The notes: generated from the sequence alone by a model not told the origin. Numbered from the stretch's first letter, positions 13,420 through 29,534 are shown. The stretch: 64,000 nucleotides of DNA from Eledone cirrhosa (GCA_964016885.1 OZ024741.1:236096001-236160000), one strand, 5' to 3'. A program made the numbers and translations.

Positions 13420-13802
13420 GTATATGTATATATATATATATGTATATGTATGTATATATATATGTATGTATGTATGTATATGTATATATATATATATGTA
13501 TGTATGTATGTATATGTATATATATATATATGTATATGTATGTATATATATATGTATGTATATGTATGTATGTATATATATATATATGTATGTATATATA
13601 TATATATGTATGTATATATGTATGTATATGTATGTATATGTATGTATATATGTATGTATATGTATGTATATGTATGTATATATGTATGTATATGTATGTA
13701 TATGTATGTATATATGTATGTATATGTATGTATATATATATATATATGTATGTATGTGTATGTATGTATATATATATATATATATATGTATGTATATGTA
13801 TG

Positions 13803-13833
<31 letters not shown>

Positions 13834-13894
13834 ATATATATATATATGTATGTATATATATATATATATGTATGTATATATATATATATGTATG

Positions 13895-13929
<35 letters not shown>

Positions 13930-13943
13930 GTATGTATATATAT

Positions 13944-13984
<41 letters not shown>

Positions 13985-14004
13985 TATATATATATGTATG
14001 TATA

Positions 14005-14063
<59 letters not shown>

Positions 14064-14206
14064 GTATATATATATATATATATGTATGTATATATATGTG
14101 TATATATATGTATATATATATGTATATATATATATATATGTATGTATATATATATGTATGTATATATATGTATATATATATATATATATATGTATGTATA
14201 TATATG

Positions 14207-14237
<31 letters not shown>

Positions 14238-14244
14238 ATATATG

Positions 14245-14275
<31 letters not shown>

Positions 14276-14389
14276 ATATATATGTATGTATATATATGTA
14301 TATATATATATATATGTATGTATATATATATATGTATGTATATATATGTATATATATATATATATGTATGTATATATATGTATATATAT

Positions 14390-14457
<68 letters not shown>

Positions 14458-14459
14458 GT

Positions 14460-14513
<54 letters not shown>

Positions 14514-14514
14514 G

Positions 14515-14609
<95 letters not shown>

Positions 14610-14639
14610 GTATATATATATATGTATATATATATATGT

Positions 14640-14679
<40 letters not shown>

Positions 14680-14754
14680 GTATATATATATATATATGTA
14701 TGTAGATATATGTATGTAGATATATGTATGTATATATATGTATATATATATATG

Positions 14755-14847
<93 letters not shown>

Positions 14848-14866
14848 GTATATATATTATATATGT

Positions 14867-14906
<40 letters not shown>

Positions 14907-14910
14907 GTAT

Positions 14911-14950
<40 letters not shown>

Positions 14951-14967
14951 GTATATGTATATATATG

Positions 14968-14998
<31 letters not shown>

Positions 14999-15169
14999 GT
15001 ATGTATATATATGTATATATATGTATATATATATGTATGTATATATATGTATATATATATGTATATATATATATGTATGTATATATATGTATATATATAT
15101 GTATATATATATATATGTATGTATATATATGTATATATGTATATATATATATATGTATGTATATATATG

Positions 15170-15206
<37 letters not shown>

Positions 15207-15915
15207 GTATATATATGTATGTATATATATGTATATATATGTATGTATATATATGTATATATATGTATATATATATATGTATGTATATATATGTATATAT
15301 ATGTATATATATGTATATATATATATATGTATGTATATATGTATATATATGTATATATATGTATATATATATATATGTATGTATATGTATGTATATATAT
15401 GTATATATATATATATATATGTATGTATATGTATGTATATATATGTATATATATATATGTATGTATATATATGTATATATATGTATATATATGTATATAT
15501 ATGTATATATATATATATGTATGTATATGTATGTATATATATGTATATATATATATATGTATGTATATGTATGTATACATATGTATATATATATATATAT
15601 ATGTATGTATATATATGTATATATATATATATGTATGTATATGTATGTATACATATGTATATATATATATATATATGTATGTATATATATGTATACATAT
15701 GTATATATATATATATATATGTATGTATATATATGTATATATATATATATATGTATGTATATATATGTATATATATATATATATGTATGTATATATATGT
15801 ATATATATATATATATATGTATGTATATATATGTATATATATGTATATATATATATATGTATGTATATGTATGTATATGTATGTATATATATGTATATAT
15901 ATGTATATATATATG

Positions 15916-15966
<51 letters not shown>

Positions 15967-15971
15967 GTATG

Positions 15972-16022
<51 letters not shown>

Positions 16023-16127
16023 GTATGTATATATATATATATGTATGTATATATATATATATATGTATATATATAAGTATATATATATATATGTATGTAT
16101 ATATATATATATATGTATATATATAAG

Positions 16128-16192
<65 letters not shown>

Positions 16193-16227
16193 GTATGTAT
16201 ATATATATATATATGTATATATATAAG

Positions 16228-16302
<75 letters not shown>

Positions 16303-16655
16303 GTATGTATGTATATATATATATGTATGTATATATATATATGTATGTATATAATGTATGTTTATATATGTATATATATGTATGTATGTATATATGTATA
16401 TATATATATGTATGTATGTATATATGTATGTATGTATATGTATGTATGTTTATATATGTATATATATATATGTATGTATGTATATATGTATGTATATATG
16501 TATGTATGTATATGTATGTATGTATATATATGTATGTATGTATATATATGTATGTATATATGTATATATATGTATATATATATATATATATGTATGTATA
16601 TATATATATGTATGTGTATATATATTATATATGTATGTATATATATATATGTATG

Positions 16656-16752
<97 letters not shown>

Positions 16753-16787
16753 GTATATATATATATATGTATGTATATATATATATG

Positions 16788-16819
<32 letters not shown>

Positions 16820-16847
16820 TGTATGTATATATATATATGTATATATG

Positions 16848-16922
<75 letters not shown>

Positions 16923-16975
16923 GTATATATATATGTATATATTTGTATCTGCTGATATTACTTCTTGTTGTTTTA

Positions 16976-17020
16976 ATTGCCCTGATGAGTCCTTAATAGG
17001 ACGAAACATTGTCGGCTAAT
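16976..17020 (+). ncRNA. Minimal type I hammerhead ribozyme, copy 1 (in a ~120-bp module 16943-17064)
   Basis: gcc-CTGATGA-gtcc(ttaata)ggac-GAAA-c-att-GTC-ggc: full core, 4-bp stem II, stem I gcc/ggc, predicted cleavage after 17013. Confidence 0.85.
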
Positions 17021-17073
17021 GAAAACTTTTGATGTATTCAAGGCTTCTTTGTTTTACTCTCTTAATATATATG

Positions 17074-17110
<37 letters not shown>

Positions 17111-17745
17111 GTATATATATGTATGTATATATGTATGTATATATGTATATATATGTATGTATGTATGTATGTATATATGTATGTATATATGTATGTATAT
17201 ATGTATGTATATATGTATATATATGTATGTATATATGTATGTATATATGTATGTATATATGTATGTATATATGTATATATGTATGTATATATGTATGTAT
17301 ATATGTATGTATATATATATGTATATATGTATATATATATGTATATATGTATATGTATATATGTATATGTATATATGTATATATATATGTATGTATATAT
17401 GTATATATATATGTATGTATATATATATGTATATATGTATGTATATATGTATGTATATATGTATGTATGTATATATGTATGTATATATGTATGTATATAT
17501 ATATATGTATGTATGTATATATGTATGTATGTATATATGTATGTATATATGTATATATATATGTATGTATATATGTATGTATATATATTTGTATATATAT
17601 ATGTATGTATATATGTATGTATATATATTTGTATATATATATGTATGTATATATGTATCTATATATATATATGTATGTATATATGTATGTATGTATATAT
17701 ATATATGTATGTATATATGTATGTATATGTATGTATATATGTATG

Positions 17746-17779
<34 letters not shown>

Positions 17780-18338
17780 TATATATATGTATGTATATAT
17801 ATATGTATGTATATATATATGTATGTATATATATATGTATGTATATGTATGTATATATATATGTATGTATATGTATGTCTGTATGTATATGTATGTATGT
17901 ATGTATATATATATGTATGTATATATGTATGTATATATGTATATATATATATGTATATATATATGTATGTATATATGTATATATATATGTATGTATATAT
18001 GTATGTATATATGTATATATATATATGTATATATATATGTATGTATATATGTATATATATATGTATGTATATATGTATGTATATATGTATATATATATGT
18101 ATGTATATATGTATATATATATGTATATATATATGTATGTATATATGTATGTATATATGTATATATATATGTATGTATATATGTATATATATATGTATGT
18201 ATATATGTATATATGTATGTATGTATATATGTATATATGTATGTATGTATGTATGTATATATGTATGTATGTATATATATATGTATGTATATATGTATAT
18301 ATATATGTATGTATATATGTATATATATATGTATGTAT

Positions 18339-18369
<31 letters not shown>

Positions 18370-18841
18370 TATATATATGTATGTATATATATATGTGTAT
18401 GTATGTATATATATGTATGTATGTATGTATATATGTATGTATGTATGTATATATGTATGTATGTATGTATATATGTATGTATGTATGTATATATGTATAT
18501 ATGTATGTATATATACATATGTATGTATGTATATATGTATATATGTATGTATATATACATATGTACAATATATAGTAAGAAACACAGTAAACCGTGTGTC
18601 CAAAATTACAAGGGTTGAAAAACCACATATGCTTGAAATATTTAACCAAGAAACAGACAGAATGACGAAATGAAAATAAAAATATATTATCAAATAATAT
18701 ATATGTATGTATGTATGTATAATATATACATATGTATGTATGTATATATGTATATATGTATGTATATATACATATGTATGTATGTATGTATATATACATA
18801 TGTATGTATATATACATGTATATGTATATATGTATGTATAT

Positions 18842-18944
18842 AGATGACCCCTCCGGGAGAGATGACCCCGTAGCCTTTGTCAAGGCAGAATTCTAGGAGA
18901 AGGAAACTCTGATATAACACCTGCAACCCTGATGGTATCCAATG
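18842..18944 (+). mobile_element. Bipartite RTE derivative, copy 2 (cut by assembly gap)
   Basis: agatgacccctccgggagagatgacccc...ctaggagaaggaaactctgatataacacc matches 34521-34623. Confidence 0.85.
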
Positions 18945-19144
18945 NNNNNNNNNNNNNNNNNNNNNNNNNNNNNNNNNNNNNNNNNNNNNNNNNNNNNNNN
19001 NNNNNNNNNNNNNNNNNNNNNNNNNNNNNNNNNNNNNNNNNNNNNNNNNNNNNNNNNNNNNNNNNNNNNNNNNNNNNNNNNNNNNNNNNNNNNNNNNNNN
19101 NNNNNNNNNNNNNNNNNNNNNNNNNNNNNNNNNNNNNNNNNNNN
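18945..19144. other. Assembly gap (200 N)
   Basis: Run of n characters. Confidence 1.
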
Positions 19145-19572
19145 ATATGTATATATATATGTATGTATATGTATATATATATGTATGTATATGTATATAT
19201 ATATGTATGTATATGTGTATATGTATGTATATGTATATATATATGTATGTATATGTGTATATATATGTATATGTATGTATATGTATATATATATGTGTAT
19301 ATATATGTATATGTATATATATGTATATATATATGTATGTATATATATATGTATATGTATATGTATATATATATGTATATGTATATGTATATATATATGT
19401 ATATGTATATGTATATATATATGTATATGTATATATATATATGTATATGTATATATATATATGTATATGTATATATATATATGTATATGTATATATATAT
19501 ATGTATATGTATATATATATATGTATATGTATATATATATATGTATATGTGTATGTATATATATATATATAT

Positions 19573-21193
19573 GAACAGTCAGTAAGGTTAGAATTAACAA
19601 CGAATATAGTGAAGAGTTTAGCGTAAAAGTTGGTGTCCATCAGGGCTCTGTACTTAGCCCCCTACTATTTATTATTGCCCTTCAGGCTATAACAGAGGAG
19701 TTCAAGACCGGCTGCCCATGGGAACTCCTATACGCAGATGATCTAACGCTCATAGCTGAATCAATGACCGAACTAGAGAAGAAATTCCAAACGTGGAAGC
19801 ACGGCCTAGAATCAAAAGGCCTTAAAATTAACCTGGCTATGACTAAAGTTCTAGTTTGTAGGAAAGAAAATAAGGCAGCGGTCCCATCGGGGAAATGGCC
19901 ATGCTCAGTGTGTAGGAAAGGCGTAGGTAGAAACTCCATTTTATGTCCCAAATGCAAAGTATGGGTGCATAAAAGATGTAGTGGGATCACAGGTAAGCTA
20001 ACTAAGAACATAGATTTTACATGTGGCCGGTGCTCTGGTGCAATAAGTAGCAGCAAGTGCCCACAAAATACTAGCTCCTTCAACTGCGCAGAGGGTTCTA
20101 TAGAAATAGTGGACAGCTTCCGTTATCTGGGTGACAAAATCAGCAGTGGGGGAGGGTGCTCTGAAAGTACAGTAGCTAGAGTCAGAACTGGATGGAAAAA
20201 GTTCAGAGAGCTTATACCACTATTAGCCGCTAGAGGGTTCTCCCTAAAAATGAAAGGCAGGTTATACGATGCCTGCATACGAACAGCAATGCTGCATGGC
20301 AGTGAGACCTGGGCATTGTGTGCAGAGGATATACGCAGACTAGAGAGGAACGAAGCTTGCATGCTCCGCTGGATGTGCAATAGTAATATACGTGAACGGC
20401 AAAGCATAAACGAACTAAGGAAAAAATTAGAAATAAGAGGGATCAGATGTTGTTTACTCGAGAGAAGGCTACGTTGGTACGGTCACGTGATGCGCATGAA
20501 AGACGACAGCTGTATAACAAAGTGCAGGGCAATAAAGATAGACGGTAGCCACGGAGTAGGCAGACCCAGAAAAACATGGGACGAGCTGATAAATTCCGAC
20601 CTCACACGCTTACACCTCTCCAAGACAATGTCACTGGACCGAGACCTTTGGCGGTACTCAGTAATAGAGAAGACCCGCCTTACCTAAATACAAACTAAAA
20701 ACCTACTACAGTCAGTAGGCATCTCTATCAAAACACACCCCCGTCCCACCACCTCCACCCCACCCACACCGCCCCTTTCAATGTAAAGTCATGTTGGTCC
20801 CACAACATCCAGGCCGAAACAAATGAGATCGTGTAGGTGTCACGACAAAAAACACACAGTCCACGCTGTAAATGTGGCCGTGTAGGCAACACGGTAAAAA
20901 CCTCCCAGCCCCACACTGTAAATGTGGTTGGTGTTAGGAAGAGCATCCAGCTGTAGAAAACCCGCCAGACAGTCCACGCTGTAATGTGGCCGTGTAGGCA
21001 ACACGGTAAAAACCTCCCAGCCCCACACTGTAAATGTGGTTGGTGTTAGGAAGGGCATCCAACTGTAGAAAACCCGCCAGACAGTCCTATGCGAGCAAGA
21101 CAACCACTCTTGCCTCAAGTGGGAAAACCCCCGTCCAAACCCATGCAAGCGTGGAACACGGACGCTAAACCTGATGATGATGATGATGATGAT
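19573..21193 (+). mobile_element. 5'-truncated RTE-clade LINE with PHD finger in RT (family P2), (GAT)n tail
   Basis: Frame open from ~19575 ([16 protein letters not shown]) to 20687; C4HC3 finger at 19896-20033; ~113-bp tandem duplication in the 3' UTR; ends gatgatgat. Confidence 0.9.
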
Positions 21194-21748
21194 GTATGTA
21201 TATGTATATATATATGTATGTATATGTATATATATATGTATGTATATGTATATATATATGTATGTATATGTATATATGTATGTATGTATATATATGTATG
21301 TATGTATATATATGTGTATGTATATATATGTATGTATGTATATATATGTGTATGTATATATATGTATGTATATGTATATATATATGTATATGTATGTATA
21401 TGTATATATATATGTATATGTATATATATATGTATGTATATGTATGTATATGTATATATATATGTATATGTATATATATATGTATGTATATATATATATG
21501 TATGTATATATATATATATGTATGTATGTATATGTATATATATATGTATGTATATATATATATGTATGTATGTATATGTATACATATATGTATGTATATA
21601 TATATATATGTATATATATATGTATGTATATATATATATGTATATATATATGTATATATATATGTATGTATATATGTATATATATATGTATGTATGTATA
21701 TATATATATGTATATATGTATGTATGTATGTATGTATATATATATATG

Positions 21749-21800
<52 letters not shown>

Positions 21801-22318
21801 TATGTATATATATATGTATATATATATGTATGTATATATGTATATATATATGTATGTATGCATATATATATATGTATATATATATGTATGTATGTATGTA
21901 TATGTATATATATATGTATGTATATATGTATATATATATGTCTGTATGTATATATATATATGTATATATATATGTATGTATGTATGTATATGTATATATA
22001 TATGTATGTATATATATATATGTATATATATATGTATGTATGTATATGTATATATATATGTATGTATATATATATGTATGTATATATATATGTATGTTTA
22101 TATATATGTATGTATATATATATGTATGTATATGTATGTATGTGTATATATATATGTATGTATGTATGTATATGTATGTATATATATGTGTATATGTATG
22201 TATATATATATATGTATGTATGTATGTATATGTATGTATATATATGTGTATATGTATGTATATATATGTATGTATGTATATGTAGGTATATATATATACG
22301 TATATATATGTATATATG

Positions 22319-25300
22319 TAACTTTGAATAACTTTGAAATGTTTTGGCCAGTATTGGCCCAGGCCATGTCTAACTTAATAGCACCACCTGGCGAAGTCTT
22401 TCAATTCAGGATTTGGGCACCATGACCCATTCGAGAAGAGAATTACTGTTTGCGGAGACATATCTGGGTGTGGGTGGTTTGTCCGGGATTACTTGGAGGA
22501 ATTTGTCCAAAGACTTCTTGAATTTTGTGTGGTCAGTTTCTGTTTTGACGTGTCCTGGTGTGATGTTGAAGAGAGCAGGGCCGATTGAGGTGAAATAATT
22601 GTGCCGTACTGTTGTTATGAGTTGCGATTTAGATTTTTGAATGGGACGGATAGCACGGGGCCCAAGCCTTGGGTGTATCTTGAAGGCGATGCCAACATCA
22701 TTTGGGCAGTGATGATGGAACATTTTCCACATCATGCAGATAATATAACGCTCACGGCGACGTTGGAGTGAGTAAAGTTTCAGCTTTTCTAGTCGACCCC
22801 AGTAGTCAAGGTCTGACATGCCATCTATCTTTTTCGTGATTGCTCTTTGAGGAGCTTCAAGTTTCATGATACTTTGTTTCGTGTGGGGAGACCACAGTGG
22901 ACAACAGTATTCAAGGTGTGGTCGGGCAAAAGTAGAGAAGAGAAGGATAATGGTGTGGGAATCTCTCGACTGGAAGGTTCTGAGGATCCAGGAACACATT
23001 CTGCGGGCCATGTCAACTTTGCTGCTTATATGCGTGGCCCAGCTTATGTTGCTGTCCACGGTTACTCCCAAGTCTCTGATGTTGTTAGATGCTACGAGAG
23101 TTTCCCCGGAGGGAAGGGAGTACGGGAGTTTCAGAGCATCCTCTTTTCCAAAGTGGATCAGTTCGAATTTGTCTTCGTTCAGTAACATGTTGTTCTTTTC
23201 CGCCCATTGGGTAACAGCCAGTAGGTCTGACTGAAGGCTTATCCGGTCATCCACGCCATTGATGACCTTTTGGAGCTTGGAATCATCAGCGAAAATTTTA
23301 ATGTTGCTGTGTTTGATGATGTCAGTGATGTCATTAATATAGATGATGAAGAGAAGTGGGCCCAACACAGTGCCTTGTGGGACCCCACTACTGACTTTGG
23401 CTGGGCTGGATTTGACTCCTTCAACTACAACATGTTGGGTTCTGTTTGACAGGAAGCCCTTGATCCACTGCAGCAGCTTTCCAGTGACACCAATATTGGA
23501 CAGCTTTCTCAGTAGAATGTTATGATCAACCCTGTCAAAGGCCTTGCTGAAATCAAGGTAGATAACATCAGTGTTGGAACCCTCTCCCAAGGCTCTCAAA
23601 ATGTCATCAAAGTGATGCAGTAGCTGCGTCAGGCAATCCCTTCCATTACGGAATCCATGTTGGTTGGAGTTCAGCATATTGTTACTCTCAAGGAAGTGGG
23701 TCATTCGCGATCTCACCACTCTCTCAAATACCTTAATGATATGAGAGGTGAGTGAGATTGGACGGTAATTCACGGCAAGGGATTTGTTTCCTTTTTTGAT
23801 AACTGGGACAACAGACTGGGATAGAAGGTTTTCTGGCACATATCCAGCATCCAGTGAGTTCCGCCACAGATTGGCAAGAGGAGATGCAAGTTGGTGTTGA
23901 CACGCCTTCAAGACACAAGCAGGGAACCTATCGGGACCTACTGATGAATTATGCTTGATTTCCTTTATTGCCGCTAAGACATCAGGGGCGCCAAACGTTA
24001 TGTCCGATAAGGTGTAATGGGGAGTAACATCGCCGATACAGCCCAGATCGGCCATATCAGGATTGCTGAAAACAGAGCAGTATTGTTTCTGCAGTATCTC
24101 ACCCATGGTTTTAGCATTGTCTTGAAGAGTGCCATTTTCATCAATTAGAGGGCCAACAGTAGAGCCAGTGATTTTGTGTTTTTTTGCAAATGAAAAGAAC
24201 ACTTTGGGATTGAGTTTGATCTTCTCAATGGCCCAGGCCTCTTCAGCTCTTCTCTGATTGTTGATGAGGGACATTATGTTGTTTTGGAGGTTATGTTTTT
24301 TAATCTCTAGTGATGAAATGGCAGTCAAGTTGATGTGTTGCTGCTGACAGTATTTCAACTTGTTGATTTTTTTGTTCGTTCTCTTAACTTTTCTGATGAG
24401 CGTTTTTCTATTTCTAGGGATTCTGCTCTTAGATTTGTTTATAGTTCTTAATGGGGTGTGTTTTGCACATATGTTTGTAACAGTGTCCACAAATGTCTGC
24501 CAGGACTTTTTGATGTTAGTGGGTGTATGAGTGTGCGTGAAGGACCAGTCGACATGTGCAAGATCATGACTGATCGCTTCCCAGTTTGCATTGTGGAAAT
24601 CCATAGCGTCAAACGGATGGACAGGAGAGATGACATTGGGTTTGTATATTGGACGGTGGAATCTCAGATCACAGAGAACCATGTCATGATCAGAGAGTAG
24701 AGTTTTCTCCACTGCAATATTGTGGATATTGTCAGTGTGATTGCTGAAAATTAAGTCTAGGACGTTTTTGTGGCACCTCGTTGGTTCGAGCACCAGTTAG
24801 GATAGGAAGAAATCATCCATGAAGTCAAGAAGCGATTCCACTGCTTCCCTGTCAGAGGTTGAGGCAGAAGAACCTGGTGGCAGGCTGTTTGTGGACCAGT
24901 CAACTCCGGGGAGGTTGAAGTCCCCCATCATTAAGATGTTGTCAAGGTGACACTCTTGGATGAAACACTTTATGCTGTTGAGGCATTCCTTGAAGCATGG
25001 TACAGGCGTTTGGGGTGGCCTATAGAGCCCAACTACTATTAGGTTGTTGGTTTGACTGAATACAGTGACTGCTTCGCAGTATCCATTAGTGAATATGTTC
25101 ATAACCTCTGTTGAGAAAGAATTATGGACATAAATGGCAGTCCCGCCCTTTCTTCTGCCAGCGCGATCAGCACGGATGGCTTTGAAATTTTTCACTTTCA
25201 CCTCGGCTTCCAAGTGGAGGTCACTGAGATGGGTTTCAGTGAGGACGAAGAAAGGGATGTGGTTTGGATGGACATCAATCCAGTCCTACAGGAATTTGAT

Positions 25301-25795
25301 CTTCCATTTTTGAGTATTGGTGGAAGGGCTGATGCCTTGGGCGTTAAGCAAAAATGTAGAGGCGAGAGTGGATGGTTTTAATTGTTTTGGTGTGTTGTTA
25401 ATTTGTTTGTTTGTTAATGGCAGCAATGGGAGTTTGTGCAGTGGGGTGATAGTGGAGGGTGGTGCTGGGTGATAGCTCGAATGTTTTTTTCCAGTTCTTT
25501 TGCCAGATTCATTATGGCTAAAAAAGAGGAAGAAGTTTCCTGTTTAGAAGACTGTTGGTGACTGTGGTAGTGGTTATTTTTATGTAGGCTATGGTTTTTG
25601 TTTTTGCTTTTATTTTTAATTTTATTTTCATTTGTCCGACGGGTCCCCGGGAGATGGGTAAAGGGACAATCCCGGTCTAAACACAATCTGTCTCGCAGGG
25701 AAAAGCGGCAGATTTGTGGATTCCTTGTTTGAGTTATTGGTGGTTGTGTTGGTGTTAAATTAGAGTATGTATTATGGTGGTGGCTGTTTGTGGGG
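22319..25795 (-). mobile_element. CR1-group LINE family A, copy 2
   Basis: Colinear with 9889-13362 (offset 12430), same 5' and 3' ends, about 99% identical. Confidence 0.92.
22406..25426 (-). pseudogene. ORF2 of copy 2 with a nonsense mutation in the APE domain
   Basis: CAA>TAA at 24797-24799 splits ORF2 into the 138-aa and 795-aa ORFs of the track. Confidence 0.9.
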
Positions 25796-25828
<33 letters not shown>

Positions 25829-25962
25829 ATATATATATATGTATGTATGTATGTATATGTATATATATATATATGTATATGTATGTATATGTATATATAT
25901 ATATATGTATATGTATGTATATATATATGTATGTATATGTATGTATATATGTATATATGTAT

Positions 25963-26532
25963 GTACAACCTGTCCCATGGTCGGGTCGTTGGCGACTAAA
26001 CTGGCAACCCCACCAAGGTTTCTTGGTGAGGAGGGTGACTTTGGACATCCTGCAGGACTAAAAACAAAACCTGTCAAAAGGCAAAGGAGCTCTTAAGAGT
26101 CAATGGCCATCCAAAATCACCGGGAGAGATGACCCCTTAGCCTTTGTCAAGGCAGAATTCTAGGAGAAGGAAAACTCTGATATAACACCTGCAACCCTGA
26201 TGGTATCCAATGATGTTGACTTGTTCTTCTTTTTGGTAAATATCATCTTGGTTAAGAGAGTGGGACTGGCTTTGTGCAGTGCCTTTGCTCACTATAAAAG
26301 CTTCACGGCACAGGCATTGCTTTATATCTGGAGATCTCTCTGCATTTGTCGTCACATGGTACCATGGGCCCAGCACTATGTGTCAATAATTGTCACAAGT
26401 GTAGTGTTTGTACCAGAGCTTTCAAGTCGCTGGCTGGACTAAAAAGTCACACTCGTTCAGCGCATCAGTAGGGGTTCTCCTACATGGATATAAAGTAGTG
26501 GCCGTACTCGAAAACGAGTTGGCAGCCACCAT
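25963..26532 (+). mobile_element. Bipartite RTE derivative, copy 3 (near full length)
   Basis: Colinear with ~39973-40543; embedded in TA array. Confidence 0.92.
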
Positions 26533-26725
26533 GTATGTATATGTATGTATATGTATGTGTATATGTATGTATATGTATGTATATATGTATGTATATGTAT
26601 GTATATATATGTATGTATATGTATGTATATATATATATATATATATGTATGTATATGTATGTATATATATATATATATATATGTATGTATATGTATGTAT
26701 ATATATATATGTATGTATATGTATG

Positions 26726-26843
<118 letters not shown>

Positions 26844-26963
26844 TGTATGTATATATATGTATATATATATATATATATATGTATGTATATATATGTATAT
26901 ATATATATATATATATGTATGTATATATATGTATATATATATATATATGTATGTATATATATG

Positions 26964-26995
<32 letters not shown>

Positions 26996-27251
26996 TGTAT
27001 GTATATATATGTATATATATATGTATGTATATGTATGTATATATATGTATATATATATGTATGTATATGTATGTATATATATGTATATATATATGTATGT
27101 ATATATATGTATATATATATATATATATATGTATGTATATATATGTATATATATATATATATATGTATGTATATATATGTATATATATATATATATATAT
27201 GTATGTATATATATGTATATATATATATATATATATGTATGTATATATATG

Positions 27252-27291
<40 letters not shown>

Positions 27292-27360
27292 TGTATGTAT
27301 ATATATGTATATATATATATATATATGTATATATATGTATATGTATATATATGTATATAT

Positions 27361-27486
<126 letters not shown>

Positions 27487-27515
27487 GTATATATATATAT
27501 GTATGTATATATATG

Positions 27516-27546
<31 letters not shown>

Positions 27547-27576
27547 GTATGTATATATATGTATATATATATGTAT

Positions 27577-27617
<41 letters not shown>

Positions 27618-28085
27618 TGTATATATATATGTATATATATATATATGTATGTATATATATGTATATATATGTATATATATATGTATATATATATGTATAT
27701 ATATATATATGTATGTATATATATGTATATATATATATGTATATATATATATATGTATGTATATATATGTATATATATGTATATGTATGTATATATATGT
27801 ATATATATGTATATATATGTATATATATATATATGTATGTATATATATGTATATATATATGTATGTATATATATGTATATATATGTATATGTATGTATAT
27901 ATATGTATATATATGTATATGTATGTATATATATGTATATATATATATATGTATGTATATGTATGTATATATATGTATATATATATATATGTATGTATAT
28001 GTATGTATATATATGTATATATATATATGTATATATATATATGTATATATATATATGTATGTATATATATATGTATATATATATG

Positions 28086-28118
<33 letters not shown>

Positions 28119-28271
28119 GTATGTATATATATATGTATATATATATGTATATATATATATATGTATGTATATATATATGTATATATATATGTATATATAT
28201 ATGTATATATATGTATATATATATGTATATATATATATATGTATGTATATATGTATATATATATGTATATA

Positions 28272-28316
<45 letters not shown>

Positions 28317-28331
28317 GTATATATATGTATG

Positions 28332-28378
<47 letters not shown>

Positions 28379-28396
28379 GTATATATATGTATGTAT

Positions 28397-28432
<36 letters not shown>

Positions 28433-28460
28433 GTATGTATGTATATATATGTATGTATGT

Positions 28461-28497
<37 letters not shown>

Positions 28498-29055
28498 ATG
28501 TATGTTTATATATGTATATATATATATGTATGTATGTATATATGTATGTATATATGTATGTATGTATATGTATGTATGTATATATATGTATGTATGTATA
28601 TATGTATGTATGTATATGTATGTATGTATATATATGTATGTATGTATATATATGTATGTATGTATATATATGTATGTATATATGTATATATATATATATA
28701 TGTATGTATATATATATATGTATGTATATATATATATGTATGTATATATATATATGTATGTATATAATGTATGTTTATATATGTATATATATATATGTAT
28801 GTATATATGTATGTATGTATATGTATGTATGTATATATATGTATGTATGTATATATATGTATGTATGTATATATATGTATGTATATATGTATATATATAT
28901 ATATATGTATGTATATATATATATATATGTATGTGTATATATATATATATATGTATGTATATATATATATGTATGTGTATATATATATATATGTATATAT
29001 ATATATGTATGTGTATATATATATGTATGTGTATATATATATATATATATGTATG

Positions 29056-29087
<32 letters not shown>

Positions 29088-29093
29088 TGTATG

Positions 29094-29125
<32 letters not shown>

Positions 29126-29131
29126 TGTATG

Positions 29132-29176
<45 letters not shown>

Positions 29177-29189
29177 GTATATATGTATG

Positions 29190-29220
<31 letters not shown>

Positions 29221-29273
29221 GTATATATATATGTATATATTTGTATCTGCCGATATTACTTCTTGTTGTTTTA

Positions 29274-29318
29274 ATTGCCCTGATGAGTCCTTAATAGGAC
29301 GAAACATTGTCGGCTAAT
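29274..29318 (+). ncRNA. Minimal type I hammerhead ribozyme, copy 2 (module 29240-29363)
   Basis: Core identical to copy 1; predicted cleavage after 29311; two substitutions in the flanking module. Confidence 0.85.
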
Positions 29319-29371
29319 AAAAACTTTTGATGTATTCAAGGCTTCTTTGTTTTACTCTCTTAATATATATG

Positions 29372-29408
<37 letters not shown>

Positions 29409-29534
29409 GTATGTATATATGTATGTATATATGTATGTATATATGTATGTATATATGTATGTATATATGTATGTATATATATATGTATATATATATGTAT
29501 ATGTATATGTATATATATATGTATGTATATATAT

